Assembly (NCBI GenBank): GCA_951406725.2
Contig: OX597842.1
Coordinates: 8,246,001 to 8,310,000, forward strand
DNA: 64,000 nt
Reading direction: 5' to 3'
DNA from: Octopus vulgaris
Taxonomy: Eukaryota
A program made the position numbers and the translations under genes. Numbering within the stretch: position 1 is the stretch's first letter; every line of letters begins with the position of its first letter. This document shows positions 26,876 through 41,279 of the stretch, piece after piece. Below the pieces are notes generated by a model that saw only the letters and a list, made by a program, of their open reading frames with translations, did not search any database and had not been told where the DNA came from.

Positions 26876-28350
26876 GTACTACTAGCGAACAGTGGTCCCG
26901 GTGTACGCTCACGCGCACTCGCGCATCCGTGCTAGCTAGTCGTAAGTAGTCGATCCTACAACGACTTGCGCGTATGCAAAAGTTTATAAACAAACTAAGG
27001 TTAGGGTTACTGTTTTACTGTTTTACTTGTTTCAGTCATTTGACTGCGGTCATGCTGGAGCACCGCCTTTAATCGAGCAACTCGACCCCAGGACATATTC
27101 TTTTATAAGCCTAGTACTTATTCTATCGGTCTCTTTTGCCGAACAGCTAAGTAACGGGGACATAAACACTAGGGGACAAACACAGACACACAGACACACA
27201 CAAGCATATATATATATATACATATATACGACGGGCTTCTTTCAGTTTCCGTCTACCAAATCCACTCACAAGGCTTTGGTCGGCCCGTGGCTATAGTAGA
27301 AGACACTTGCCCAAGGTGCCACGCAGTGAGACTGAACCCGGAACCATGTGGCTGGTAGACAAGCTACTTACCACACAGCCACTCCTGCGCCTATGGGGAT
27401 TAGGGTTAAAATTTTTTTTTTAATTATTTACTTTGCGTTTTATTTACTTTGTTCGAAAAATATTATTTAATTTGTGTAAAGAAATTATATACATTGTTTT
27501 TAAAAAAACCCATTTTCTTTGATATGTATTCAGCCTTGAAATACAAACATGTATCGCGCGTGCGCGAATCTTTTCATTTCCATACGTGCAAGTCGTTGTA
27601 ATTTAGTTTAAGTTAATTTTTTGGCTCAAAAAGCAAAAGCAAGGCCATGTAGGAGGACATGGAGTTATGCACAGGGAGGGTGTTCATGCAAAGAGTTCAG
27701 GCCATTTCTGGTCAAGAGAGACTTTGAACCGAGCGGTCGTGGGTATCTTCACCATCTCATCCGGCAGCTTATTCCACGGATCCGCAACCCGGACCGAGAA
27801 AGACCCTCTCCTTCGATTGAGATGAAATCGTCGTAGATAGAGCTTTTCGGAGTGACCCCGCAGCTGACGCTCTGGAGCAGGTGTGAAGAACAGCTCTTTC
27901 GAGAGGTTACACTTTCCGCTTATGATGTTGTGAGCGAGAATGAGATCACCACAGCGGTGTCGTTTATCGAGAGAATAAAGGTCGAGCGTCTTCAGCCTTT
28001 CTTCATAAGACAAATGCTTGAGACCAAGAACCATGCGGGTAGCCAGCTTCTGGACTCTTTCGAGATGATGTATGTCTTTGAGAAGATAAGGAGAAGAGGC
28101 TTGAATCCCGTACTCCAAAACGGGTCTCACCAGCGTGACATAGAGCGGTAGGAATATGGCTGCTGTGAGCATTCCGAATGACCGTCGAATCAAAAACAGA
28201 ACTCCGCGTGCTTTGTTGGCAGCATGGACGCATTGGGCCGAAGGCCAAAAGGAAGAATCCACCAAGAAACCCAGTAGGATCGACTACTTACGACTAGCTA
28301 GCGCGGATGCGCGAGTGCGCGCACCGGGGACCACGGTTCGCTAGTAGTAC
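26876..28350. mobile_element. ~80-bp inverted repeats bracketing a SINE (27020-27393, -) and a CR1-like LINE 3' end (27606-28270, -)
   Basis: gtactactagcgaac...gtcgatcctac (26876-26959) versus gtaggatcgac...gttcgctagtagtac (28273-28350). Confidence 0.65.
27606..28270 (-). mobile_element. CR1-clade LINE, 5'-truncated (RT C-terminus plus 3' UTR)
   Basis: LYVTLVRPVLEYG...LERVQKLATR...YEERLKTL...RGHSEKL...FSVRVADPWNKLP, ending in a short ttaac-type tail. Confidence 0.88.
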
Positions 28351-28452
28351 CGAGTTATTGTATTAGCAAATGAAAAATATGTTATGGAGAATAAATAATA
28401 TTTAAAAAATTTACACACACACAAGTTCGAAAATGTAGTTGAAAATACTTAC

Positions 28453-28979
28453 AGAATATCGGCACAGTCTCGAGATCCATGTTCTTTGGAAAATTCTGCG
28501 AGAACGCCATGAAGTAGGTGACGAACGCCAGGAAGTTGGTGATACTGAGCGAGATCTGTTCTCCGCTCTCCGGAGGCGAGAAAAAAGAGAGCGATGCGAT
28601 GAAAACGAGAAGGCTGCACGGTATTAAACTGCTGAATACATGGTAGATTGACTTCCGTTCAGCAGATACAAGGAACATGATGCTTCTGTTGGTTCCCGTT
28701 CTGTTACATTTGTGCTCCGAGATCACGATGTTGAACCAACTGCGCCGCGAATCCTCGTAGAGTACTTTCAACTTGCTTTCTGATGAGGCGTAAACGAGAT
28801 TCATGTTCTGTGCAGAGATGCTGCTTTTGATGATGATCGGACAAGTTTGTTCGTCGAAAGGGAAGTGTAACATGTTGAGTGTGCACAGCGTCGTGAAACT
28901 TCGATAGATGGTCGCTGTGATGGTACCGCTGGTAGTGATGTCCACTATATCGAAGGCGATTTCGTGCGGCTCAACAGCA
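28453..28979 (-). CDS. Cys-loop receptor exon 5: Cys-loop (CTLNMLHFPFDEQTC), loops B/C region, M1, M2 (ESGEQISLSITNFLAF), M2-M3 linker
   Basis: C-x13-C with FPFD; pre-M1 R-K; PESGE before M2; L at position 9'. Acceptor ccaag|T GCT GTT completes the AG|T Ser from exon 4. Donor TTC T|gtaagt (phase 1). 527 nt. Confidence 0.95.
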
Positions 28980-29064
28980 CTTGGTGAGTTACGAGTTGAA
29001 GACCAACGTTGAGGTTTCGGTTTGTGGGCAGGACGAGGGAGGACATAGGTGGACAGATGTAATG

Positions 29065-29780
29065 ATGGCGATGGTGAAAATCGTGATGGTGGTGGTGGTG
29101 GTGATGATGGTGATGGTAAAGGTGGGGATAGTGATTAGTGGGGATAATGGTGGTTGTGGTGAAAATGGCGGTGATGGTGGTGTAAGTGGTGGTGGTGGTG
29201 TAAGTGGTGGTGGTGGAAGTGATGGTGATGGTGGTGGAAGTGATGGTGATGGTGGTGTAAGTGGTGGTGGGTGGTGTAAGTGGTGGTGGTGGTGGTGGAA
29301 GTGATGGTGATGGTGGTGTAAGTGGTGGTGGTGGTGTAAGTGGTGGTGGTGGTGGTGGAAGTGATGGTGATGGTGGTGGAAGTGATGGTGATGGTGGTGG
29401 AAGTGGTGGTGGTGGTGTAAGTGGTGGTGGTGGTGTAAGTGGTGGTGATGGTGGTGTAAGTGGTGGTGGTGGTGGTGTAAGTGGTGGTGATGGTGGTGTA
29501 AGTGGTGGTGGTGGTGGTGTAAGTGGTGGTGGTGATGGTGGTGTAAGTGGTGGTGGTGGTGGTGGAAGTGGTGGTGATGGTGGTGTAAGTGGTGGTGGTG
29601 GTGGAAGTGATGGTGATGGTGATAGTAGTGGTGGTGATGATTGTGACGGTGGTGATTGTTATGGTGGCGGTGGTGGTGGTGGTGATTGTTATAGTGGTAG
29701 TGGTGGCGGTAGAGAGATGGTGGTTGTGGTAGAGATGGTGTGGTTGCGTTGGAGACGTTGGTGGTGAGGATGAGGATGGG
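29065..29780. repeat. (GGT)n/(GTAAGTGGT) G-rich repeat just upstream of the exon 5 acceptor
   Basis: Direct inspection. Confidence 0.9.
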
Positions 29781-29906
29781 GAGTGGGGTGGTGGACAGGA
29801 AAAAAAAGAGAGAAAATAAGAAGAAAGCATAAACATTAGATAGAAATGACATTTGGAGTCAGGGAGATAAAAGAAAAGACACAAGATATGGCAAAACCCC
29901 CACATA

Positions 29907-30257
29907 GGCGCAGGAGTGGCTGGGTGGTAAGTAGCTTGCTTACCAACCACATGGTTCCGGGTTCAGTCCCACTGCGTGGCGTCTTGGGCAAGTGTCTTCT
30001 GCTATAGCCCCAGGCCGACCAATGCCTTGTGAGTGGATTTGGTAGACGGAAACTGAAAGAAGCCCGTCGTATATATATATATATATATATAGCGCAGGAG
30101 TGGCTGTGTGGTAAGTAGCTTGCTTACCAACCACATGGTTCCGGGTTCAGTCCCACTGTGTGGCATCTTGGGCAAGTGTCTTCTGCTATAGCCCCGGGCC
30201 GACCAATGCCTTGTGAGTGGATTTGGTAGACGGAAACTGAAAGGTGGCAAGCCCGTC

Positions 30258-30304
<47 letters not shown>

Positions 30305-32125
30305 CGCAGGAGTGGCTGTGTGGTAAGTAGCTTGCTTACCAACCACATGGTTCCGGGTTCAGTCCCACTGCGTGGCATCTTGGGCAAGTGTCTTCTGCTA
30401 TAGCCCCAGGCCGACCAATGCCTTGTGAGTGGATTTGGTAGACGGAAACTGAAAGAAGCATGTCGTATATATATATATATATATATATATAGGCGCAGGA
30501 GTGGCTGTGTGGTAAGTAGCTTGCTTACCAACCACATGGTTCCGGGTTCAGCCCCACTGCGTGGCGTCTTGGGCAAGTGTCTTCTGCTATAGCCCCAGGC
30601 CGACCAATGCCTTGTGAGTGGATTTGGTAGACGGAAACTGAAAGAAGCCTGTCGTATATATATATATATATATATATAGGCGCAGGAGTGTGTGTGTGGT
30701 AAGTAGCTTGCTTACCAACCACATGGTTCCGGGTTCAGTCCACTGCGTGGCATCTTGGGCAAGTGTCTTCTGCTATAGCCCCAGGCCGACCAATGCCTTG
30801 TGAGTGGATTTGGTAGACGGAAACTGAAAGAAGCATGTCGTATATATATATATATATATAGGCGCAGGAGTGACTGTGTGGTAAGTAGCTTGCTTACCAA
30901 CCACATGGTTCCGGGTTCAGCCCCACTGCGTGGCGTCTTGGGCAAGTGTCTTCTGCTATAGCCCCAGGCCGACCAATGCCTTGTGAGTGGATTTGGTAGA
31001 CGGAAACTGAAAGAAGCATGTCGTATATATATATATATATATATATATAGGCGCAGGAGTGGCTGTGTGGTAAGTAGCTTGCTTACCAACCACATGGTTC
31101 GGGTTCAGCCCCACTGCGTGGCATCTTGGGCAAGTGTCTTCTGCTATAGCCCCAGGCCGACCAATGCCTTGTGAGTGGATTTGGTAGACGGAAACTGAAA
31201 GAAGCATGTCGTATATATATATATATATATAGGCGCAGGAGTGACTGTGTGGTAAGTAGCTTGCTTACCAACCACATGGTTCCGGTTCAGCCCCACTGCG
31301 TGGCGTCTTGGGCAAGTGTCTTCTGCTATAGCCCCAGGCCGACCAATGCCTTGTGAGTGGATTTGGTAGACGGAAACTGAAAGAAGCCTGTCGTATATAT
31401 ATATATATATATAGGCGCAGGAGTGGCTGTGTGGTAAGTAGCTTGCTTACCAACCACATGGTTCCGGGTTCAGTCCCACTGCGTGGCATCTTGGGCAAGT
31501 GTCTTCTGCTATAGCCCCAGGCCGACCAATGCCTTGTGAGTGGATTTGGTAGACGGAAACTGAAAGAAGCATGTCGTATATATATATATATATATATATA
31601 GGCGCAGGAGTGGCTGTGTGGTAAGTAGCTTGCTTACCAACCACATGGTTCGGGTTCAGCCCCACTGCGTGGCATCTTGGGCAAGTGTCTTCTGCTATAG
31701 CCCCAGGCCGACCAATGCCTTGTGAGTGGATTTGGTAGACGGAAACTGAAAGAAGCATGTCGTATATATATATATTTATATAGGTGCAGGAGTGACTGTA
31801 TGCTAAGTAGCTTGCTTACCAACAACATGGTTCTGGGTTCAGCCCCACTGCGTGGCATCTTGGGCAAGTGTCTTCTGCTATAGCCCCAGGCCGACCAATG
31901 CCTTGTGAGTGGATTTGGTAGACGGAAACTGAAAGAAGCCCGTCGTATATATATCTATATATAGGCGCAGGAGTGGCTGCGTGGTAAGTAGCTCGCTTAC
32001 CAACCACATGGTTCCGGGTTCAGTCCCACTGTGTGGCATCTTGGGCAAGTGTCTTCTGCTATAGCCCCGGGCCGACCAATGCCTTGTGAGTGGATTTGGT
32101 AGACGGAAACTGAAAGAAGCCCGTC

Positions 32126-32164
<39 letters not shown>

Positions 32165-32510
32165 CGCAGGAGTGGCTGTGTGGTAAGTAGCTTGCTTACC
32201 AACCACATGGTTCAGGTTCAGTCCCACTGTGTGGCATCTTGGGCAAGTGTCTTCTGCTATAGCCCCGGGCCGACCAATGCCTTGTGAGTGGATTTGGTAG
32301 ATGGAAACTGAAAGAAGCCCGTCGTATATATATATATATATATATATAGGCGCAGGAGTGGCTGTGTGGTAAGTAGCTTGCTTACCAACCACATGGTTCC
32401 GGGTTCAGCCCCACTGCGTGGCATCTTGGGCAAGTGTCTTCTGCTATAGCCCCGGGCCGACCAATGCCTTGTGAGTGGATTTGGTAGACGGAAACTGAAA
32501 GAAGCCCGTC

Positions 32511-32543
<33 letters not shown>

Positions 32544-32860
32544 CGCAGGAGTGGCTGTGTGGTAAGTAGCTTGCTAACCAACCACATGGTTCCGGGTTCA
32601 GTCCCACTGCGTGGCATCTTGGGCAAGTGTCTTCTGCTGTAGCCCCGGGCCGACCAATGCCTTGTGAGTGGATTTGGTAGATGGAAACTGAAAAAGCCCA
32701 TCGTATATATATATGTGTATATATATATATATGTGTGTTTGTTTGTGTGTTTGTGTGTCTGTGTTTGTTCCCCCAATATCGCTTGACAACCGATGCTGGT
32801 GTGTTTATGTCCCCGTAACTTAGCGGTTTGGCAAAAGAGACCGATAGAATAAATACTAGG
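29907..32860 (+). repeat. Tandem array of 15 SINE-family-1 heads (~180-210 bp, each ending in (TA)n); the last unit continues into the SINE body
   Basis: Unit starts near 29907, 30091, 30302, 30491, 30678, 30861, 31050, 31232, 31414, 31601, 31782, 31963, 32162, 32349 and 32542. Confidence 0.92.
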
Positions 32861-32887
32861 CTTATATATATATATATATCTTGGGCA

Positions 32888-33399
<512 letters not shown>

Positions 33400-33423
33400 G
33401 GGATGTAGTCATGTGATCCATAC

Positions 33424-33533
33424 CTGTTGGCTAACACCAATCGAGGGGTCCAGATCTCAGTCGCAGGCAGCGTGAGTCTCTCCACTCCGTCGTACTGAGC
33501 TGGGTCCCAAGTTATTCCGTCGTCTTTCCACGT
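33424..33533 (-). CDS. Cys-loop receptor exon 4 (TWKDDGITWDPAQYDGVERLTLPATEIWTPRLVLAN-S)
   Basis: Acceptor cttgtttttatag|ACG and donor AAC AG|gtatgg. 110 nt, phase 0-2. Carries the W-x-D...W and IWxP motifs of Cys-loop extracellular domains. Not present in the ORF track. Confidence 0.93.
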
Positions 33534-33666
33534 CTATAAAAACAAGAGTAGTAACACATTATTTACATTATTTACATTATTTACATTATTTACGTTATTT
33601 ACATTATTTACATTATTTACATTATTTACATTCGACGGATATTTGTCCTCATTTTGTTTGTTGTTA

Positions 33667-33710
33667 ACACAACGTTTCGGCTGATATACCCTCCAGCCTT
33701 CTTCAGGTGT
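33667..33710 (-). ncRNA. Minimal hammerhead ribozyme motif in intron 3, sense to the gene
   Basis: acac CTGAAGA a ggctg-loop-cagcc GAAAC GTT gtgt. Stems I and II pair, and stem III is the palindrome AACGTT. Confidence 0.65.
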
Positions 33711-33832
33711 CTTGGGAAAATTTCAAACCTGCGTTCTCATTCCTAAAGGTATTTTTTTATGCTGTTGTCATTCTTATTATTATCATTCTTCTTCTTCTTC
33801 TTCTTCTTCTTCTTCTTCTTCTTCTTCTTCTT

Positions 33833-33903
<71 letters not shown>

Positions 33904-34491
33904 CATTATTATTATTGAGTGAGAGAGCAGTGCATGCCATCAAGGGGACACTGGGGTAAAATATACGAAACCCAATATACCCGTCATAACTACCCGTCTG
34001 ATAAGGTACACTAGGCACATGCATCACAACCATATGTGCGTGACATGGTGATCTCATATCAAAGGTGAGGCCCAGTTAGAATTTTCTTCTGGTCGAGTAA
34101 CCCATTCCGCTCAAAAGGTCCCTGAATAAGGGTTGTTTAAGGATGTTGAACGAAACACCCATGTTTCTATAGGTGAATTATTCAAACCCCAAAGAATCCC
34201 TCTCAACATATGGCTATGATGCTGCCCCACTACTTCTGCTCGTGATCAGAGATGCACATATCGTCAGCCACTAAGGGACATGCTCAACTGGTTAAGGTCA
34301 AACAACTGACAAGCAAATCTGTGGTATTGAGCAGAATATTTGCTGTAGCCCATCTTTTATACCAAGACAAAACAATGTACATGATAACACTTCCAATCAG
34401 TTAAGATCAGAAACCATGAGAGCCACTGCCTGGTACCGCATCAGGGCAGTTTTTATTATTATCATTATTATTATCATCATCATCATCATCG

Positions 34492-34652
<161 letters not shown>

Positions 34653-34655
34653 TAT

Positions 34656-34690
<35 letters not shown>

Positions 34691-34694
34691 GGGG

Positions 34695-34772
<78 letters not shown>

Positions 34773-34876
34773 TCACTACTTGGAATCGAACTCGGAATCT
34801 TGGGGTTCGTAGCTCACGCTCTAACCACCACGTCATATGCCTGTGGGCATATGAGTATGAGTAAATAGTAGTAGTG

Positions 34877-34929
<53 letters not shown>

Positions 34930-35018
34930 GGTAGTAGTAGTAAAGTAGTAGTAGTGTAGTAGTAGAAGTAGTGATAGTAGCAGTAATAGTGGTAATAGTG
35001 GTATTAGTATTTGTAGTT

Positions 35019-35073
<55 letters not shown>

Positions 35074-35145
35074 CAGCAGTGGTAGTAGTAGTGTAGTATT
35101 GTTAGTAGTATTAGCAGTAGCAGCAGCAGCAGCAGTAGCAGCAGC

Positions 35146-35197
<52 letters not shown>

Positions 35198-35300
35198 CCA
35201 CCAGGCATATCTGACCCAAATATTCCATCTGTTTTATGTCGAAACTAACCCGATCTGGCTTCTCACACTCGATCTACAATGCCAGGTGAAATGCTTTGCT

Positions 35301-36750
35301 GTATTTCGTCTGCCGCTACGTTCTGAGTTCAAATTCCACCCAGGTCGACTTTGCCTTTCAACCTTTCGGTGTCGATAAATTAAGCACCAGTTATGCACTG
35401 GGGTCGAAATAATCGACTTAATCCCTTTGTCTGTCCTTGTTTGTCCCCTCTATGTTTAGCCCCTTGTGGGTAGTAAAGAAATAGGTATTTCGTCTGCCGC
35501 TACGTTCTGAGTTCAAATTCCACCCAGGTCGACTTTGCCTTTCAACCTTTCGGTGTCGATAAATTAAGCACCAGTTATGCACTGGGGTCGAAATTATCGA
35601 CTTAATCCCTTTGTCTGTCCTTGTTTGTCCCCTCTATGTTTAGCCCCTTGTGGGTAGTAAAGAAATAGGTATTTCGTCTGCCGCTACGTTCTGAGTTCAA
35701 ATTCCACCCAGGTCGACTTTGCCTTTCAACCTTTCGGTGTCGATAAATTAAGCACCAGTTATGCACTGGGGTCGAAATAATCGACTTAATCCCTTTGTCT
35801 GTCCTTGTTTGTCCCCTCTATCTTTAGCCCCTTGTGGGTAGTAAAGAAATAGGTATTTCGTCTGCCGCTACGTTCTGAGTTCAAATTCCACCCAGGTCGA
35901 CTTTGCCTTTCAACCTTTCGGTGTCGATAAATTAAGCACCAGTTATGCACTGGGGTCGAAATTATCGACTTAATCCCTTTGTCTGTCCTTGTTTGTCCCC
36001 TCTATGTTTAGCCCCTTGTGGGTAGTAAAGAAATAGGTATTTCGTCTGCCGCTACGTTCTGAGTTCAAATTCCACCCAGGTCGACTTTGCCTTTCATCTT
36101 TTCGGTGTCGATAAATTAAGCACCAGTTATGCACTGGGGGTCGAAATAATCGACTTAATCCCTTTGTCTGTCCTTGTTTGTCCCCTCTATCTTTAGCCCC
36201 TTGTGGGTAGTAAAGAAATAGGTATTTCGTCTGCCGCTACGTTCTGAGTTCAAATTCCACCCAGGTCGACTTTGACTTTCAACCTTTCGGTGTCGATAAA
36301 TTAAGCACCAGTTATGCACTGGGGTCGAAATAATCGACTTAATCCCTTTGTCTGTCCTTGTTTGTCCCCTCTATGTTTAGCCCCTTGTGGGTAGTAAAGA
36401 AATAGGTATTTCGTCTGCCGCTACGTTCTGCGTTCAAATTCTGACGATGTCGACTTCGCCTTTTATCCTTTCGGTGTCGATAAATTAAGCACCAGTTATG
36501 CACTGGGGTCGAAATAATCGACTTAATCCCTTTGTCTGTCCTTGTTTGTCCCCTCTATCTTTAGCCCCTTGTGGGTAGTAAAGAAATGGGTATTTCGTCT
36601 GCCGCTACGTTCTGCGTTCAAATTCTGGCGATGTCGACTTCGCCTTTTATCCTTTCGGGGTCGATAAATTATGTACCAGTTACGTGCTGGGGTCGATCTA
36701 ATCGACTGGCCCTCTCCCCCAAAATCTCGGGCCTTGTGCCTAGAGTGGAA
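35301..36750 (+). repeat. Tandem array of ~184-bp SINE-family-3 internal units (7 full plus 1 terminal)
   Basis: gtatttcgtctgccgctacgttctg... at 35301, 35485, 35669, 35853, 36037, 36222, 36406 and 36590. Confidence 0.92.
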
Positions 36751-37043
36751 AAGAATGTCATTCTAAAAATAAACAATCGCATCATTGAAATCTCAAAGCT
36801 AAGAAATAATGCGTGATTAATTGAATACAATGTGAACAAGGGCGCACAGAGAGCGCAAACCTCCGTCAAGGCAACACCAACGCCCTCTCAACGATTAGCC
36901 AGAGATGATTTTTAAATGAGAAAATCTGAAATAAACTCAACTGCTCACACAAATGAGAATATTAAAAATGAACCAGACAGCTCTCAAAAATTAAGTTTAA
37001 AAAAACGAAAAATAATCCAGAAACAAAGAAAGACACAGGGAGA

Positions 37044-37126
<83 letters not shown>

Positions 37127-37365
37127 ACGGGAAGCTTTATGAAAATAGACAAAAGACGAAGGCAGGTTTACGGAAATAAACAAAAGACGAAGGCAGGTGG
37201 AATACAAACAAACAATTGTATTAGTATGGCGCTCAGGAAATATAAATAAAACAAGTCTTTAACGTTTCGAGCCTACGCTCTTCAACAGAAAGATACACAG
37301 AGAAGAAACACAGAAAGAAAGAAAAAAAATGCGTGCAGAGGCTAGCGAATCAACATGGCGATCTC

Positions 37366-37425
<60 letters not shown>

Positions 37426-37783
37426 GAGACCCCCTTCGGTCACGACACAGACCATGGGATTGCACCTAGAAAGTTACCCTCCTAGACACAAGTCCGGGCG
37501 AGGTTGTTTATGGAAGACCAGCAGTCGCCCATGCATACCAGCCTCCCCTCTCCACGCCACCAGTGTTGTCCAATGGAAAGACAAAGGTCGATACAGCTTG
37601 ACACCAGTAACGTCGCAACACATTTCTACAGCTGAGTGAACTGGAGCAACGTGAAATAAAGTGCCTTGCTCAAGAACACAACATGCAGCCCGGTCCGGGA
37701 TTCGAGCTCACAACCTCACGATCGTAAGCTCGACGCTCTAACCACTGAGCCATGCGCCTTCATATATATATATATATAATGTG

Positions 37784-37953
<170 letters not shown>

Positions 37954-38008
37954 AGTGAATTGAAGAAATGGAGTTGAACGAAGATTGAACAGAAATCGTT
38001 TTATTGCA

Positions 38009-38087
38009 TTCTACACGTGTTTCGAAAGCCACAATTTACCAAATTCCGATTGAATAAGGAGACCATATTGTGTCTTTATCTTCAGGA
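38009..38087 (-). ncRNA. Hammerhead motif with extended stem II
   Basis: ttc CTGAAGA taaagacac...gtggctttc GAAAC acgt GTA gaa. Confidence 0.55.
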
Positions 38088-38232
38088 AGAAATAGGAAAT
38101 CCGTTGGCAAAAACAATAACAGAGCAGAGGCGCAGCAAAACAAATCGAACGAGGCTCCTAAGAGCCCATGGCCAAAGGTATCGGTTAAACTTTTGATTAA
38201 TCTGCAACAAGATTATTCATCTGTCTATTTCA

Positions 38233-38333
<101 letters not shown>

Positions 38334-38781
38334 GTTAATCCAAACATGAAAACACAAAGAGAAAACACCACAACGCGAGGACGTGGAACAAGTATAGTGT
38401 TATTGGACGCTCAGGAAAGGAAAGAAAGAAGGAGGGTTTAACGTTTCGTGCAGAGCTCGTCGTCAGAAACATAGGAAAAGGAAAGATCCAAAGAAGGGAA
38501 GACGGTGGGAAAAAATCGCCACCGTGGTCACCGTGACCGACCAGGCTATTAGCCTTCAAATGACGCCACCCCGCTGGCTAAGCGAGCAGGCCAACAGAAG
38601 AAATAGTGAGAGAATGTTGTGGCAAAAGAGTGTAGCAGGGATCACTACCACCCTCTGCTGGAGCCTCATGGAGCTCAGGTGCTTTCGCTCAATAAACACT
38701 CATAACGCCCGGTCTGGGAATCGAAACCGCGATCCTACTACCGCGAGTCCGCTGCTCTAACCACTGGGTCATTGCGCCTCC

Positions 38782-38870
<89 letters not shown>

Positions 38871-39184
38871 CACACATATACATACACACAGGCGGAATGC
38901 ATTAGTTTTCATTAGGAAATCACAAATCGATTTCAGTAAAACTAGTCAAACAGGAATTGTTTGATTACTTTCAGTTATTGATGTTTTGACGACGTGGATC
39001 CCCACCCAGCAACCACCATCGCCACCATCACCCCCCACCACCACCGCCGCTGCCGGATTATATGATAGTAATGCTATAGTTGGATAATCTTATATTTAGA
39101 TACCGTATTTTAACGTGTATAAAGGACCCCCTAATTTACGAGTCTTTAAATTTTCAACGTTCCGTGTTAATAGGAGATAATGTA

Positions 39185-39750
39185 TTGGGTTGTCCGGAAA
39201 GTTCATGCCGATATATAGTAGCTTACCTTTCGACTTATTCTAGGACATGGTTGAGTCCATAAAATAGGATTTGACTACACCTCCATTTAGAGCACAGTTT
39301 AAGCTATATTTTCGTTGAAGAAAATTTATGTTCCTATAACCTGTGTTAATTCTGTAACCCTTTAAAATGGAAGAGAAGAAAGTTAATTTTCGGCACTTGA
39401 TGCTTTGGGAACCAGAAAAAAATTGCTGCAGCTCGGCTGGGATGTGTTACCCCACCCTCCATATTCACCAGATATTGCTCCTTCAGATTTCCACTTATTC
39501 AGGTCTCTGCAGAATAGTCTTAATGGTAAAAATTTCAATTCCTTGGATGACGTAAAAAGATACCTTAATGAATTCTTTGCCATAAAACCTCCTCATTTCT
39601 GGGGAGAGGGTATTTTCAAGTTAAAAGGAAAGATGGAGATGCATTGTGCAACAAAATGTTTCATATTTGGTTGATTAAAATGTAATGGCGAATATTTATT
39701 GACCTTTTTCTTTCCTTTAAAAATCGGCACGAACTTTCCGTACAACCCAA
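39185..39750 (+). mobile_element. Mariner internal-deletion derivative (same family as 9274-9838)
   Basis: Both TIRs and TA duplications are present. Encodes WDVLPHPPYSPDIAPSDFHLFRSLQN. Confidence 0.92.
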
Positions 39751-41049
39751 TAGTATAAAAAAATAAGGTTTTTCATCTCATTCGTTTAATGAGATCTTCA
39801 ACTTTCTCGAGGAATATCCAGAGATATAATTTATTCGGTGGTGAAGGCATGTTCTTAGCAGAGTAATCCATTTAGTATAAATCCATAATAGTGTGTAAAC
39901 TGGTAAAATCTTTAGAGTTACTCGACTTAGTGAAGGAATCTTGCCAATCATATGAAGGCTATGAATTTGCAGTAGAAGATTGCGAAACGTTATAATTTAA
40001 AGACACGTAAATACCTTCCTACAGTTAAAGGCTAAGATCTCTAACTCACTGCTGAGCTCTAGATCTGAAATTTTCAGCGGTTATAAGCATATGCGTAAGT
40101 TCCTGTTGAAGAATTGGAAAGTTTGCCTTCTGCCTGATTAATAGTGTACCATAAAGTCTAAGGCACTATTTTTTCAGCCTTAAAGTTACCTTCTAAGGGA
40201 GATAACTCTTTTTCCTCTGTTTCTTTCTGATTACCTCTCGTTTCCGTTTTTTCAACCTTCAGCCTTTTCTATATGCTTCCTTCTCACCTTTTCTCGTTTC
40301 TTCTCCCATTCCATTTTTAGCTCGTTATACCATGTGGGCTGTTCCGAGGTGTCAGACGTGTTATAAAACATTGTTTGACATGCTCTCAGCACATAAAACT
40401 ATTAGTAACACATGAAAACATGTATTGTGTTTATTAAATAATATTTATCTCTCACCAGATAGAGTACTTTTTTGTTGATCTTACCATCACGGGACAATGC
40501 ATTATATACATGTGTGTGTGTGTGTAGTTGGAAAGGGGTTAAAAATCTATACAAATCGAGTTATAGTTAAGAAGCAAAGGCGGAAACAGGACAAAAGATT
40601 GTTTTATATTTGTTATATTGAGTGACACATGCATACACCTACACATACATATACAAACGGATATGCCAGCACACTTACATAGAAATACGGACAAAGATAT
40701 GCATACACAGATACACCAAACACTTATGCACACAGAGATGTGTGTGTGTGTGTATATATATAATGTCTCGAGTATTTAGCACATGTATATCGCTTGATTA
40801 AGTAAGTCATCGAAAGCCATTGAAATAATTAATCTAATACAAAACCCAACAGCCTGGTGTTATTCCTTCTTTGGTTTTATGCAAACATCACTTAGGGTTG
40901 ATCTTCCGACTAATACAATATATGTAAACATCCATTTTCATTTGGACAGGGAAGCGTGGATACAGACCAGGACACACAGTCAAACCACGTGATCATGTGA
41001 TTGACAAACTATTAGACACTGTTTGTACATCTCTCTCTCTCTCTCTCTG

Positions 41050-41206
41050 AGTGGCTGTGTGGTAAGTAGCTTGCTAACCAACCACATGGTTCCGGGTTCA
41101 GTCCCACTGCGTGGCATCTTGGGCAAGTGTCTTCTGCTATAGCCTTGGGCTGACCAAAGCCTTGTGAGTGGATTTGGTAGACGGAAACGGAAAGAAGCCC
41201 GTCGTA

Positions 41207-41279
<73 letters not shown>

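Noticed and set aside
39850-40330. Purine-rich minus-strand stretch with coding-like composition
   Set aside because: It has multiple stops and no motif I could recognise; probably an old transposon remnant.
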